Assembly (NCBI GenBank): GCA_964245425.1
Contig: CAXTMV010000001.1
Location: 13,979-77,978 of the forward strand
DNA: 64,000 nt
Reading direction: 5' to 3'
DNA from: an uncultured Flavihumibacter sp.
GTDB taxonomy: Bacteria; Bacteroidota; Bacteroidia; Chitinophagales; Chitinophagaceae
Shown here piece by piece: positions 46,085 through 55,751 of this stretch. The notes beneath the pieces were generated by a model. The model saw only the letters and a list, made by a program, of their open reading frames with translations, did no database searches and had not been told where the DNA came from. The position numbers and the translations under genes were made by a program. Within the stretch, counting starts at the first letter, position 1. Every line of letters begins with the position of its first letter.

Positions 46085-46639
46085 TTAATAAATTTTTCTT
46101 TCTATGACCGGTATGGCCGGGTTGCCTTTATAAATAATATAAGGCTGCAGGTTTTTTTCTGCTACCGAATTCATACCAAGTATGCTATGCGAGCCGGCAG
46201 TAACACCGCCAAAAACAACGGCCCTGGCACCAATCCAAACCCCGTCTTCCAGCACCACCGGCAGTGAGATGAAATCGAATTGTTCTTTTGTATGGTCATG
46301 GCTGCCGGTCAACAGCAAAGCACCCTGAGAAATCGTAACATGGCTGCCGATCAGTACTTCAGACAGGTTGTCGATCCACACGTCTTCTCCAATCCAGGCA
46401 TGGTCGCCGATGTTTAGTTTCCAGGGAAACTTGATATTAACACCGGGCTTTATCAGCACTCCCTTGCCCAGGGTGGCGCCAAAGGCCTTCAGAAAAAATA
46501 CTTTCAGCCCGGAAAAAATATTAAACGGGTTTTTAAAAAAAATAATATTCACCAGGTACCATAAAACCTGTTTGGGCTTTGAGGCACCAATTTGCAGGGT
46601 GGTACGATAGAGGCCGTTATTTACTTTTTTAACACTCAT
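46085..46639 (-). CDS. hexapeptide-repeat O-acetyltransferase (WcaF-like)
   Basis: WcaF-type N-terminus (LWYLVNIIFFKNPF...LKAFGATLGKGVLIKP) and left-handed beta-helix repeats. Confidence 0.8.
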   Translation of the reverse strand: MSVKKVNNGLYRTTLQIGASKPKQVLWYLVNIIFFKNPFNIFSGLKVFFLKAFGATLGKGVLIKPGVNIKFPWKLNIGDHAWIGEDVWIDNLSEVLIGSHVTISQGALLLTGSHDHTKEQFDFISLPVVLEDGVWIGARAVVFGGVTAGSHSILGMNSVAEKNLQPYIIYKGNPAIPVIERKIY

Positions 46640-47781
46640 GAAAACAATTGCAAATATTGTTGTTTTAAAGCAGGGTTGCCGATAAACTTACCGGCAAATT
46701 GCCAGGCTTGTTCGCAGCAGGCTGCAAAGGTAACCTGATTCCAGGCGGCAGCAGTTTCAAGGGCCGCCGTAAACGCGGTAACCTCATTCAATGGCAGGTC
46801 CCAACCCATTCCTTTTTCCCGGAGTTGCAGCCAGGGTGTCTGATCGCTGATCAATACAGGGCGGCCGGCCAGGAAGGCTTCAAAAATAGAATGTCCGAAA
46901 TTCTCGCCCCTGGTAGGCAATACAAATAAATGATTGTCTTGCAAAAGAGCCGGCAGTGCATGATTGGGCAAAGAGCCGTTGTACTGCACCTGTATATGGG
47001 CAGGCAAATCTGCCATGATTGATTGGCATTGTTGCCAGTAAGCCGCGTCTTCTATGGGACCAACAATCGTAAGCACAACGGCTGCCTGCACGGGGCGCAA
47101 TGCCTCCAGCAGGAACATTAGATTTTTAATGGGATGTACACGGGCAATGAATATGCATTTCAATTGCCCGGGCGTTTTGCTTCTGATGGAAAGGGCCAAT
47201 TGCCGGGTATTGGGCAAATCATCGGCTGTCAGCACTTCACTACCGGGAAAGAAATCCAGTATGGCGTTTTTCTCTCTTTCACTGGTGGCATGAAAGCGAA
47301 CTTTTTTGTGGATGCTCATCCACCTGAATAATTTCAGGAAAGGGCTTTTTTTATATGTTTTGATGGCCAGTGCGCTTTGGTACAGGGCACCGCGCGGACT
47401 TACCACTACCCGGCTGCTGATAATACCTTTCCATTTCAGCCACAGGGGATACACCACAAACCAGGGAGAAAAAAGGTGGTTCAGGTAAACAAAATCAGGC
47501 TGCAGGGTGGTGGTAACGGTCCTGATCTGTTTTGCGTTGAGTTTCTTTTTGCAGGCATAATATACCATGCAGCCGTCGTCTGCTGCTTTTATCCAGGTAT
47601 CGGTCACAACGCCTGCATAGGGTGTTGTTTCGCCCAGGTCGGTATCGGAGGTAAACACATAGATCGCGTAGTCTTCTTTCATCAGGTGAATAAAATTCAG
47701 GCAGGAGGTGACTGGCCCGCCGGCTTTATAACCGGGGCTGAACCAATCTATGAACAGTAGAATAACAGGTTTGGGAGCCAT
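46636..47781 (-). CDS. GT-B glycosyltransferase (GT4-like)
   Basis: C-terminal ENFGHSIFEAFLAGRPVLISD motif. I chose the start at ATG 47781, 2 nt after the upstream stop (the longest ORF starts at 47814). Confidence 0.8.
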   Translation of the reverse strand: MAPKPVILLFIDWFSPGYKAGGPVTSCLNFIHLMKEDYAIYVFTSDTDLGETTPYAGVVTDTWIKAADDGCMVYYACKKKLNAKQIRTVTTTLQPDFVYLNHLFSPWFVVYPLWLKWKGIISSRVVVSPRGALYQSALAIKTYKKSPFLKLFRWMSIHKKVRFHATSEREKNAILDFFPGSEVLTADDLPNTRQLALSIRSKTPGQLKCIFIARVHPIKNLMFLLEALRPVQAAVVLTIVGPIEDAAYWQQCQSIMADLPAHIQVQYNGSLPNHALPALLQDNHLFVLPTRGENFGHSIFEAFLAGRPVLISDQTPWLQLREKGMGWDLPLNEVTAFTAALETAAAWNQVTFAACCEQAWQFAGKFIGNPALKQQYLQLFS

Positions 47782-47783
47782 TT

Positions 47784-50108
47784 TTATTTTGTGAAACGGA
47801 TACTGGTATTGCAATCGCCGGCTGAAACCCGGGAAACAAGAATAGAAGAAGCACCGGACGGCGCAGCCAAAAATTTACGAGGCATCGCTTTGCGATCATC
47901 TGCCAGCATTTCAGGAAAATAATCATCCATTTTTACATTTCCCCTGCTGGTATCGTTAACAGTAAAAATATAATCGCATTTTTTATCGCCTGGTATAAAA
48001 CACTGCGTGTTAAGTCCGGCAGCTGCTACGCGGTAATTGGTCTGTGCTGTAAGAAATTTAAGCGGGTCAAGTGCAAAATAAAAATGAATATTCCAAAGCA
48101 ACAGGCTTAACTGGGGATTATTTTCCTGCACGCTGATGCCTCCCTGGAAGTACATATTTAACAAACTTATTTTACCTGCAAATCTATGAATGACCAATGT
48201 TGGCGTACTATCAGCTTTATTGGATGCTACCATTGCACCATCGATGGTTATTCTTCCGGTACCCGTAAAATCAAGTGGCTGGCGCATAGCTCCTTCCCAC
48301 CAGCAGTCTTTTACTACCGCCACGGCATTTTTATCAACGGCCAGCCCTGCAAACTGGGCACCAAAGCAATACAATGCCGCGGTACCTTTTCCTTGTTGCA
48401 CCAGCGGCCCGCCTGTTATTGTATTGCCATCAGAAAAGAAAGAATTGGATTCCTGTACATACAGGTAGTCTAAGCCATCGGCGGCAACAGCATGGTGAGA
48501 ATTCGTATACAGCTGCTCTACAAAAGCCTGTGAACCCGGCTGGTCAACATTGCTGCATTGAATGCCATCTGTGCCGTTCATTGTATTGGTAAAATCGCCC
48601 AGTTGCAGATCCCTGATGACTACTTTTGTGGGGCCCTTTACATTGATCAATGCCTTACCCTTCGGAAAGTTTGCGGAAGGAATCAGCATCGTTGCATGCA
48701 AAAAGCCTTCGCCGGTCATTTGAAGATCGGCGCCGGCCGGAATAGCCAATGGCTGATCAAGCATAAACCGGCCCTGGGGAAAATAAATAAGAGCCTTCCT
48801 GTCTTTTGATTGCATGGCCTGGTTGATCAGGTCCTGTATCGCCGCCGAACCCGATCCGGCGGGTACAGCAAAAAGGGCGCGTGTTACAGTAATGGGCATT
48901 TTTTCCTGGGCACTGGTAAAAGGCGTTTCATTCTTTTGTACGGAAATATCATTTTTGTCGCCATACGAAAACAGCGTGGAAGCCGGCCGGGTAAATTTGA
49001 CCACTTTGCTGTTCCGGTAATTGTTATTAATAGACAATACCTGCGAATGGCCACCCTCAAGACCACCTGTTTCTACAAAGCTGCTGACTGATTTTCCGCT
49101 TGATGAATCGAACTGGTTATCCAGCAGCGTAATTTTTCCGAGGTGATAAGAGATAATGGGTATTTCCTTGGGCGCAATGACCGTATTGCCCTGGAATATT
49201 CTTTTGAATGGGTTTGAACTGGCGCCCTGGTCGTAACAAAAATGGGTGGCATTTTCACTGTAACAGCCCCTTAATGAAATATAATAACTGTTTGTATTTT
49301 CCACATCCGAGTAACAGTTACTGAAATAGGAGCGGTAGACATGGTAATTACCCGAATTGCATTTTACACCGAAACTGCACTTGATAAACTTACAATCCCA
49401 GATCCAGTAATCCAGCGCATTGTATCCTTTTACCTGGATGCCGGTTTCGCAGTTATCAAAGACGCAACGGCGGATGGATACTTCAGCATCCATGGCACCT
49501 GTTCCTTCTCCCTGCACCGTTCCGCCACTGATACCGAATTTACAATTGCCTGTAAAAACATTGTCAGATATTTCTATGTTGGTGGGTGCCGAACTGCGGC
49601 TTCTCTCGTTGTTATCCTGATCTTTCCAGTGAATGCCCAATGCTTCCATATTCTTACGGCCATTGGCATTCCAGGTAATACGGCTTACCTTAAAATAGGC
49701 CGACCCGTTAGCGGTGAACATGGTATCGCTGTCGGCGCCTATCCATCGGATGCTCACCGAAGCCGGCGATTCACCGATAAGGCTTACGCCTATTTTACCT
49801 TTTAAGAGTAAGGTGGCGGAAATATTATACGTGCCGGCCGGCAGGTAAATAACTGCGTAGGCTTTTTTTTCCATATTGAAATGGGCCAGTGGCTGGCTCA
49901 GGGAGTCAAGGGCCTGCTGAATAGCCCTGGTATCATCTGTTATGCCATCTGCTTTTGCCTTGAACCTCGTTTTTACATTTGCCCAGCCCGGTAAAGGGCC
50001 ATTGAACTCTTCGAGCTGCTGCGAAAACAAGCCCTCAGCAACAAAACATAAGAATGCCATTATAATTGTCCCCGCAAAAAAACGGTTGGGCGATGGGTCA
50101 GTGTTCAT
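47784..50108 (-). CDS. right-handed beta-helix (pectate-lyase-superfamily) protein with an N-terminal signal/anchor
   Basis: The motif KADGITDDTRAIQQALD is typical of pectate-lyase-3-type domains. A second similar unit occurs around GSGSAAIQDLINQAMQ. Hydrophobic N-terminus: FFAGTIIMAFLCFVAEGLFS. Confidence 0.7.
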   Translation of the reverse strand: MNTDPSPNRFFAGTIIMAFLCFVAEGLFSQQLEEFNGPLPGWANVKTRFKAKADGITDDTRAIQQALDSLSQPLAHFNMEKKAYAVIYLPAGTYNISATLLLKGKIGVSLIGESPASVSIRWIGADSDTMFTANGSAYFKVSRITWNANGRKNMEALGIHWKDQDNNERSRSSAPTNIEISDNVFTGNCKFGISGGTVQGEGTGAMDAEVSIRRCVFDNCETGIQVKGYNALDYWIWDCKFIKCSFGVKCNSGNYHVYRSYFSNCYSDVENTNSYYISLRGCYSENATHFCYDQGASSNPFKRIFQGNTVIAPKEIPIISYHLGKITLLDNQFDSSSGKSVSSFVETGGLEGGHSQVLSINNNYRNSKVVKFTRPASTLFSYGDKNDISVQKNETPFTSAQEKMPITVTRALFAVPAGSGSAAIQDLINQAMQSKDRKALIYFPQGRFMLDQPLAIPAGADLQMTGEGFLHATMLIPSANFPKGKALINVKGPTKVVIRDLQLGDFTNTMNGTDGIQCSNVDQPGSQAFVEQLYTNSHHAVAADGLDYLYVQESNSFFSDGNTITGGPLVQQGKGTAALYCFGAQFAGLAVDKNAVAVVKDCWWEGAMRQPLDFTGTGRITIDGAMVASNKADSTPTLVIHRFAGKISLLNMYFQGGISVQENNPQLSLLLWNIHFYFALDPLKFLTAQTNYRVAAAGLNTQCFIPGDKKCDYIFTVNDTSRGNVKMDDYFPEMLADDRKAMPRKFLAAPSGASSILVSRVSAGDCNTSIRFTK

Positions 50109-51294
50109 AGGTATAACTATCTGTTTTGGATAAACGCGTCAGCATTTCAGTCATGTATTGTATTACCTGTGCGGGCTTAATGGCCTGCATACAAATATTA
50201 TTGCCGCAGGTTTCGCTGAAACAAATGGAACAATGCACATTTTCGGTCCTGAATGCGAGGTTGTATCCATCATCGGGCGGGTACCACTTGCCGGCAAAAT
50301 CGCGGGAACTGAAGAGCCCCAGAACAGGCGTACCTACGGCGTAAGAAAGGTGCATGGGGCCGGTGTCATTGCTAAGTGTTAGCACGGATCTTTTTAAAGC
50401 AATGGCACTCTGCATAGGTGTAAGCCGCCCACAAAAATTAACAACACCCGGCAGCTGCTCCAATGTTTTTACCAAATCAAGATCGCCTTTTCCGCCGATA
50501 AGCATGACCGCATACTCGCCGGAAAAAGATTCAATGACCTCTTTAAAATAATTGATCGGCCAGCGGTTCAGCGGCCGCTGGGCACCTGTTACTATTGCAA
50601 TGATTTTCTTATGCGCCAGCTGGCTTTCCTGGAACAAGCGGTCTACCACTACTTCGTCTGCCGGGGTTAATTTTAACGGGTAAGAATAATCCGGTGATGT
50701 TGCAATGCCGTTTTGTTTTACTATTTTCAATAACCGTTATGTTTCATTCAGGAAAACGGCAAATTTTTCCTGCGTTTTTTTAAAATGACGAACGGTTGAC
50801 AGTTCCCATCCCCATCCTGTTCTGGCCACCAGCCGGAAAAAAACAATATCGCGCAACAGGCGCATAAAGGTTGTTTCGCGTTGCGGCAATTGTATTACCA
50901 GGTCAAATTTTCGTTCTTTTAAAACCTGCAGCAGTTTTTTTTTGTCCATGCCCAGGTAGTCAATAATAGCATCGTAGAGCCGGGGATTCAACACATGTTC
51001 TACGCTGATATGGTTGGCGGTGCCGGCATTGGCCAGCAGTGTAATCTCAGCTGCCGGAAATTGTTGCCGGATAGCGGCTATGGAGGGCGCTGCGCAGATA
51101 TTATCGCCCAAAGACCCGGTTCTGAAAATCAATATATTTTTTACGGCAGCACCGGGCTTGCGGTACAGCATCCATACCAGCAAATGCAATAGGGCATTCT
51201 GGAAAGACAGCCATCCTTTTACCCATAACAATTGGCACTTTTCAATAAAAGATGGAACGCTGCGGTTTTTATCTGCCCAGGGTGATAAAGACAT
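50098..51294 (-). pseudogene. family 9 glycosyltransferase (heptosyltransferase-like) interrupted by one in-frame TAA
   Basis: The N-terminal half is 50737-51294 (ILIFRTGSLGDNICAAP). The C-terminal half is 50098-50730 (IIAIVTGAQRPLNRWP, SNDTGPMHLSYAVGTPVLGLF). Both are in the same frame, separated only by ...FLNET-TAA(50737-50739)-R-L-[TTG]. Confidence 0.7.
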
Positions 51295-52709
51295 TACTGG
51301 AAAGCGAATTTTACTTTTTGCCTGACTTGTTTTACCACACCCATCAATGGCGGGTAGGATTTATAAATCATAAAGACGAAAACAGAGGACTTGATCACTG
51401 AATTCAGGATCTGGAGGGTATCGGCTTCCAGCGAATAGGTGACCTGGTAAAAGAGTACCGGTATCCAGAATAATAACAATGGAATTTTTAGCGACAGGCG
51501 AAAGAGTTTCAGGTAGGCCCAGCGGATAAACATTCCAAGGCATAACATAAATGCGATGCCGCCATTTACCCCAAAACTTCCATAGGCTTCGCCCAGCGGC
51601 CCAACATTGGTTGACCAGTTGGTTATTTTAAACCCCGCATAATACTGCATATTGAACTTACCCCCCGATTCCGGTTTTTCGGGCCAGAGAAACCTGGGTA
51701 CAAAGGAGGATGTGGCATTATAGAAAAGCTGCTTTCCATTATCATGTGCTTTAAACCTTGGAAACTGCCTGAGCACCAACCCAACATTAAAACCCTGGTT
51801 AAAGCGCACATAAATCGGAAAGAATGCATTTACATCCAGCAAGGAAGAAACATTTGTAATTTTTTCTGACAATATATTACTGAAAAGGATGGCTTTGCTG
51901 TCATTGTACCCCTTGCCCCAGATCACTTTACGATAGGATAGCTTTACAGATTGGAGTACCACCAGGAAGAAAACACCAAAAAGAAAAATGGCTGTTTTTT
52001 TGAATAAAGAAGTTTTTTTGCCAATAAAAAGAAAAGAAAATAAGGTGATGCCCATATAGGCAATCTCCGTAAACATACCGCCCAATGCCTTGGCAAAAAT
52101 AAATACAATAAAAAGGGTAATGGCTATTTTCCGGTACCGCAACGATTTATTAAAGTAGATGTACAGCAGCCCTGCATATGAACTGGTATAGAGTAAATTG
52201 GCGGGGTATTGCAGCGATTGGGGAAGAAAGGGACCAGCGTATAAAAAAAACAAACCGGTTATAATAAGAATCAGGCCCGCATGCGGGCTAATTTTCAGGT
52301 AATTGCCAGCCCGCTTCAGGTATTCCACCATATAATTGCCCTCATCTGAAAAACCATTTCTTCTTACCGGCCAGCACAGCGCCGCAATAAATGCCGCCAT
52401 AGCCGGTAGGGCAAATGAAAAATACACGGAGTCTTTTACCGGCATATAAGATACCCAGAGCCTCGACAAGGTATTGGTACTGGTATACCAGACATAACCC
52501 AGCCAGGGCATTACCAGGCAGAATACACACCCGTGCAAACCAATCAGCTCGCGCAGAACGATGCCCTTACCCAGTTTATTCAGTACAGAAAAAACAACCG
52601 ACAGGGTTAATAATACGGTTAAAACCGGGTAATACTCACTGTAAAAAATGGAGAACAGGAAGATCGTCCACTGAATACCTGAAAAAAAATAGGCGCTTTT
52701 GTTATTCAT
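51294..52709 (-). CDS. polytopic membrane protein, Wzy-type polymerase/ligase-like
   Basis: 471 aa with at least 10 hydrophobic segments, located in a polysaccharide locus. No sharp motif, so the assignment rests on context and topology. Confidence 0.55.
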   Translation of the reverse strand: MNNKSAYFFSGIQWTIFLFSIFYSEYYPVLTVLLTLSVVFSVLNKLGKGIVLRELIGLHGCVFCLVMPWLGYVWYTSTNTLSRLWVSYMPVKDSVYFSFALPAMAAFIAALCWPVRRNGFSDEGNYMVEYLKRAGNYLKISPHAGLILIITGLFFLYAGPFLPQSLQYPANLLYTSSYAGLLYIYFNKSLRYRKIAITLFIVFIFAKALGGMFTEIAYMGITLFSFLFIGKKTSLFKKTAIFLFGVFFLVVLQSVKLSYRKVIWGKGYNDSKAILFSNILSEKITNVSSLLDVNAFFPIYVRFNQGFNVGLVLRQFPRFKAHDNGKQLFYNATSSFVPRFLWPEKPESGGKFNMQYYAGFKITNWSTNVGPLGEAYGSFGVNGGIAFMLCLGMFIRWAYLKLFRLSLKIPLLLFWIPVLFYQVTYSLEADTLQILNSVIKSSVFVFMIYKSYPPLMGVVKQVRQKVKFAFQ

Positions 52710-52740
52710 AATAAAAAAACCGGGGCGGCACCGGGCAGCC

Positions 52741-53598
52741 CTATATTGCTTTTTTTGTTGCGTATATCATCAGACCGCCTTTGGTGACAATGTCTGTCAG
52801 TAAAACGGTCTTATTGTTCTCGATGGTATATAACTGGTATCCGAATTGTTTTAAGAGCCGCTGGGCACTGCCTTTTTCAACGCCTTTTGCCAGGTCTTCG
52901 GCCCAATCAATGAATTCAAAGAAGATATCCGGTGCGTCAGCAGCACTCAGCAACTTTTCGCCCCCTTTGAAAGCATAGTATTCGTATCCCTCAATGTCTA
53001 TTTTAATTAAATCTACTTTTTGGATGCCGGCATTTGCCAGCAGGGTATCCAGCTGTATGGTTTCTACGTCGATGGCCTGGTCTGTGAAAACGGATGATAA
53101 AGACCCGGTACCGAATTTGTCTTTGGGACTGAAAAAGGGCAGTATCTTTTTATCTTCATCAAAAAGGGCAAAGTTAAAAAGGGAGACGGTAGGCTCCAGT
53201 CCGTTTCCTTTGATATTCTGTTTCAGGTAATTAAAAATCCAGGGCGCGGCCTCCACGCAAAGTGTTTTTACATCGGGCCTTCTCTTGCATAAAGGAATGG
53301 TAATGGCGCCGATATTGGCGCCCAGGTCAAGAAAAACACCATTTTGCGGAAGCCGGCTTAATAAAAAATGATGGGTATCATATTCATGAATGCCGTTGAT
53401 GAATATTTCAAAAGCCAAATGTTCTTTCAGGTTGGGCAACAGGTAGCGGCAGTTGTACCGGCCATTTACCCAGATATCGTTCAGATCATTTATTTCATTT
53501 TTGAAAAAAATCCTCGACAAAAAATGCTTGCCTTTGAACTCCGGCAATTTTCGCATTAACTTTTCAATCATATGCTTTAAGTGGCTTTGTATTATCAA
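52741..53598 (-). CDS. FkbM-family methyltransferase
   Basis: SAM motif VFLDLGANIGAITI and IDIEGYEYYAF. Alternative starts at 53571 or 53556 would reduce or remove the 35-nt overlap with the upstream gene. Confidence 0.75.
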   Translation of the reverse strand: MIIQSHLKHMIEKLMRKLPEFKGKHFLSRIFFKNEINDLNDIWVNGRYNCRYLLPNLKEHLAFEIFINGIHEYDTHHFLLSRLPQNGVFLDLGANIGAITIPLCKRRPDVKTLCVEAAPWIFNYLKQNIKGNGLEPTVSLFNFALFDEDKKILPFFSPKDKFGTGSLSSVFTDQAIDVETIQLDTLLANAGIQKVDLIKIDIEGYEYYAFKGGEKLLSAADAPDIFFEFIDWAEDLAKGVEKGSAQRLLKQFGYQLYTIENNKTVLLTDIVTKGGLMIYATKKAI

Positions 53599-54727
53599 GC
53601 TTATTTAATATTTCCACCAGCGCCTGTTCTGCCGTATAAGAATCATGCCGGTAGTGTAAAGCATCCCTGTTTACCAGGTCTTTCAGCACGTACAAAGATA
53701 AGTCTTCGAAAGCGACTGGCACCATACGCGGAAAGCTGCCGGCGGTTGCATACTGGCTGGCGGTAACCATTTGTTGGGGAAACCAGGCATCCAATGCAGA
53801 AACATGGTATTCAAACAGCTTATTGGGCGCATTGTAAATATAATTTGGGATATGGCCCTTGTACAGGATTACCCCTATGTCATACTGTTGCAGGATAACA
53901 GGTAATTCATGGTAGTTTACCTGGCCTTTAAAGCGGATATAAGGGCTTTGCAGGCCGGCCAGGTAATCCATTACTTCGGATTCTATCGTCAACGCATAAA
54001 TATCCCAGGTGGCCTGGCCATCCTGCCGGATGATCCATTCTGCAAATTCGCGGGTATACATGCTGTTCATGCCCAGTGAACCAACCTGAATAAAGCGGAC
54101 CGGAAAACAAATGGGTTGTTTTTTTTCGATGGCCCAGCTTTGCGGCGGGTAATTGGGCAGGATGTATTTTTTTTTGATTTGCACGCTCGGCATATCCGCC
54201 AAAAAAAAATGCATTCTTTCTTTATTGGTATGCGATACCCATTCGGCGGCACGATACAAACGCATTTCAAGCGCATGAAACCACCTTAGCAGGCGCATAC
54301 CACCGGCATATTCTTCTTTCGACATATACTCGTGGTAGTGAATAAATACGCGGCAAGACCGGTTAAAGAAAGTCTTATAGCACCAGGCGGGGAAGGATGA
54401 AATGGTATCGTAATACAATACCGTATCCGGCCGGTGGCCAATCAACTGAACAACGGTTTTTATATAATAGGACAAATAATGGCGAAGGCGGCTTACCAGG
54501 CCCCTGGTATTTGCGGAGCCGAATCGCTTTATTTCAACAGAAGGCCGGGGTGCCTGGTAGACATCCAGTTCTTTTATTGCACAGGGTGTACTATACACCC
54601 GTAATGGCTGGTCGGCTGCAGGGTGCTGCGCCGCCCAGCCATTGATTAGGTTCATGACCGGTGGGTAAAGCTCCAGCGGCAGAAAATGCAGCAGCGCTGT
54701 TTTTTGTATGACCGGGCCTGGCTGCAA
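53564..54727 (-). CDS. GT-B-like glycosyltransferase (uncharacterised)
   Basis: 387 aa. The C-terminal NAPNKLFEYHVSALDAWFP resembles the GT-B nucleotide-sugar-binding helix. Polysaccharide-locus context. Confidence 0.55.
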   Translation of the reverse strand: MQPGPVIQKTALLHFLPLELYPPVMNLINGWAAQHPAADQPLRVYSTPCAIKELDVYQAPRPSVEIKRFGSANTRGLVSRLRHYLSYYIKTVVQLIGHRPDTVLYYDTISSFPAWCYKTFFNRSCRVFIHYHEYMSKEEYAGGMRLLRWFHALEMRLYRAAEWVSHTNKERMHFFLADMPSVQIKKKYILPNYPPQSWAIEKKQPICFPVRFIQVGSLGMNSMYTREFAEWIIRQDGQATWDIYALTIESEVMDYLAGLQSPYIRFKGQVNYHELPVILQQYDIGVILYKGHIPNYIYNAPNKLFEYHVSALDAWFPQQMVTASQYATAGSFPRMVPVAFEDLSLYVLKDLVNRDALHYRHDSYTAEQALVEILNKLDNTKPLKAYD

Positions 54728-54728
54728 A

Positions 54729-55751
54729 TCAGTTTTTTTCTATGGCCGACAATAAAGCCATGGCTCTTTGCCTGTACATATGATCTTTCACCAGTAGGGC
54801 CTGCGCATTTTTTTTCATGGTTTCTATCGCTGTTTTGTTTTCCATGGCATACCTGATCTGGGCAACCAGGCTGTCTTTATCAGAAAAATAAAGCAGGTGT
54901 TCCTTATCCTGGAAGATGGCCGCCATTTCCGGGCCGGCCGAACAAATCTGGGCGCCTCCGGACGAGAATATCTCAAAAAAACGCATATTCACCGCGGGGT
55001 AATTATTGGTGTCCATTACATTGAGGCTTAGCAATGAGTTCTGAACAATGTCTGTAAAGGCTTTTCCGTACAAAGGTTTGTTACCGGCTACCTTTTTCAG
55101 TGGTTTAAAGGTACAACGCTGCCAATAGGGACCGGTAACTTTTAAACGAAGCCCTTCAAATGATTCATAGATGATGCGCAGGGCGGCTTCTCTTTCCGGC
55201 CGCCAGGAGCCAACAAAATTAATATCGTAGCGGTAATTATCTTTTGTTACCGCTGGTTCAAAATGCGCCTTTACATCTCCGGCAAAAGGTATCCAGCAGG
55301 TATTTTTTGCCCCCATGGCAGCGAATGCTTTTAATGAACTGCTGCTGTAAGAAGCAACCAGGTCTGTGAGTGCCAGGCTGCTGTGGATATAACGGTTCAT
55401 ATTGGGTAATGGATCTGCCCAATACCAGGCAATAAGGGTATCCGGCGACACCGTTTTGATATACGCAAATGTACCAGGCAGCACCTGGGCACCGGTAAAA
55501 GCCAGTACGATGTCTGGCTTTTCTGCCAATACTTGTTCGGCCAGTTCCTTATTGGCTTTCCGCAGCCAGGATTCTACCGGAAAAAAAAGATGCAGGCGAT
55601 AAGCCCATTTACCCGGCCTGGCATATTTCTGTACTTTTTGTTTGGTATCGAACAGGGTTACTGTATGACCCAGGGCCAGGAAGGCTTCATAATAGGCCAT
55701 CTCCAGGCAATGGCTATCCGTTTCCCCGATTATTAAAATATGTTTCGCCAT
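54729..55751 (-). CDS. GT-B glycosyltransferase (CgeB-like)
   Basis: The C-terminal NMRFFEIFSSGGAQI...FQDKEHLLYF pattern is like the CgeB/Glyco_trans_1_2 family. Confidence 0.6.
   Translation of the reverse strand: MAKHILIIGETDSHCLEMAYYEAFLALGHTVTLFDTKQKVQKYARPGKWAYRLHLFFPVESWLRKANKELAEQVLAEKPDIVLAFTGAQVLPGTFAYIKTVSPDTLIAWYWADPLPNMNRYIHSSLALTDLVASYSSSSLKAFAAMGAKNTCWIPFAGDVKAHFEPAVTKDNYRYDINFVGSWRPEREAALRIIYESFEGLRLKVTGPYWQRCTFKPLKKVAGNKPLYGKAFTDIVQNSLLSLNVMDTNNYPAVNMRFFEIFSSGGAQICSAGPEMAAIFQDKEHLLYFSDKDSLVAQIRYAMENKTAIETMKKNAQALLVKDHMYRQRAMALLSAIEKN

Noticed and set aside
45326-46267. 313-aa + strand ORF opposite the fused E1 gene
   Set aside because: It is antisense to a CDS with unambiguous TPP-binding and E1-beta motifs. 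It is a typical long shadow ORF in moderately GC-rich coding DNA.
50737-50739. Programmed recoding (selenocysteine, pyrrolysine or readthrough) at the in-frame stop in the GT9 gene
   Set aside because: The codon is TAA, which is not used for Sec (TGA) or Pyl (TAG). I saw no SECIS-like hairpin immediately downstream. A nonsense mutation or sequencing error is the simpler explanation.
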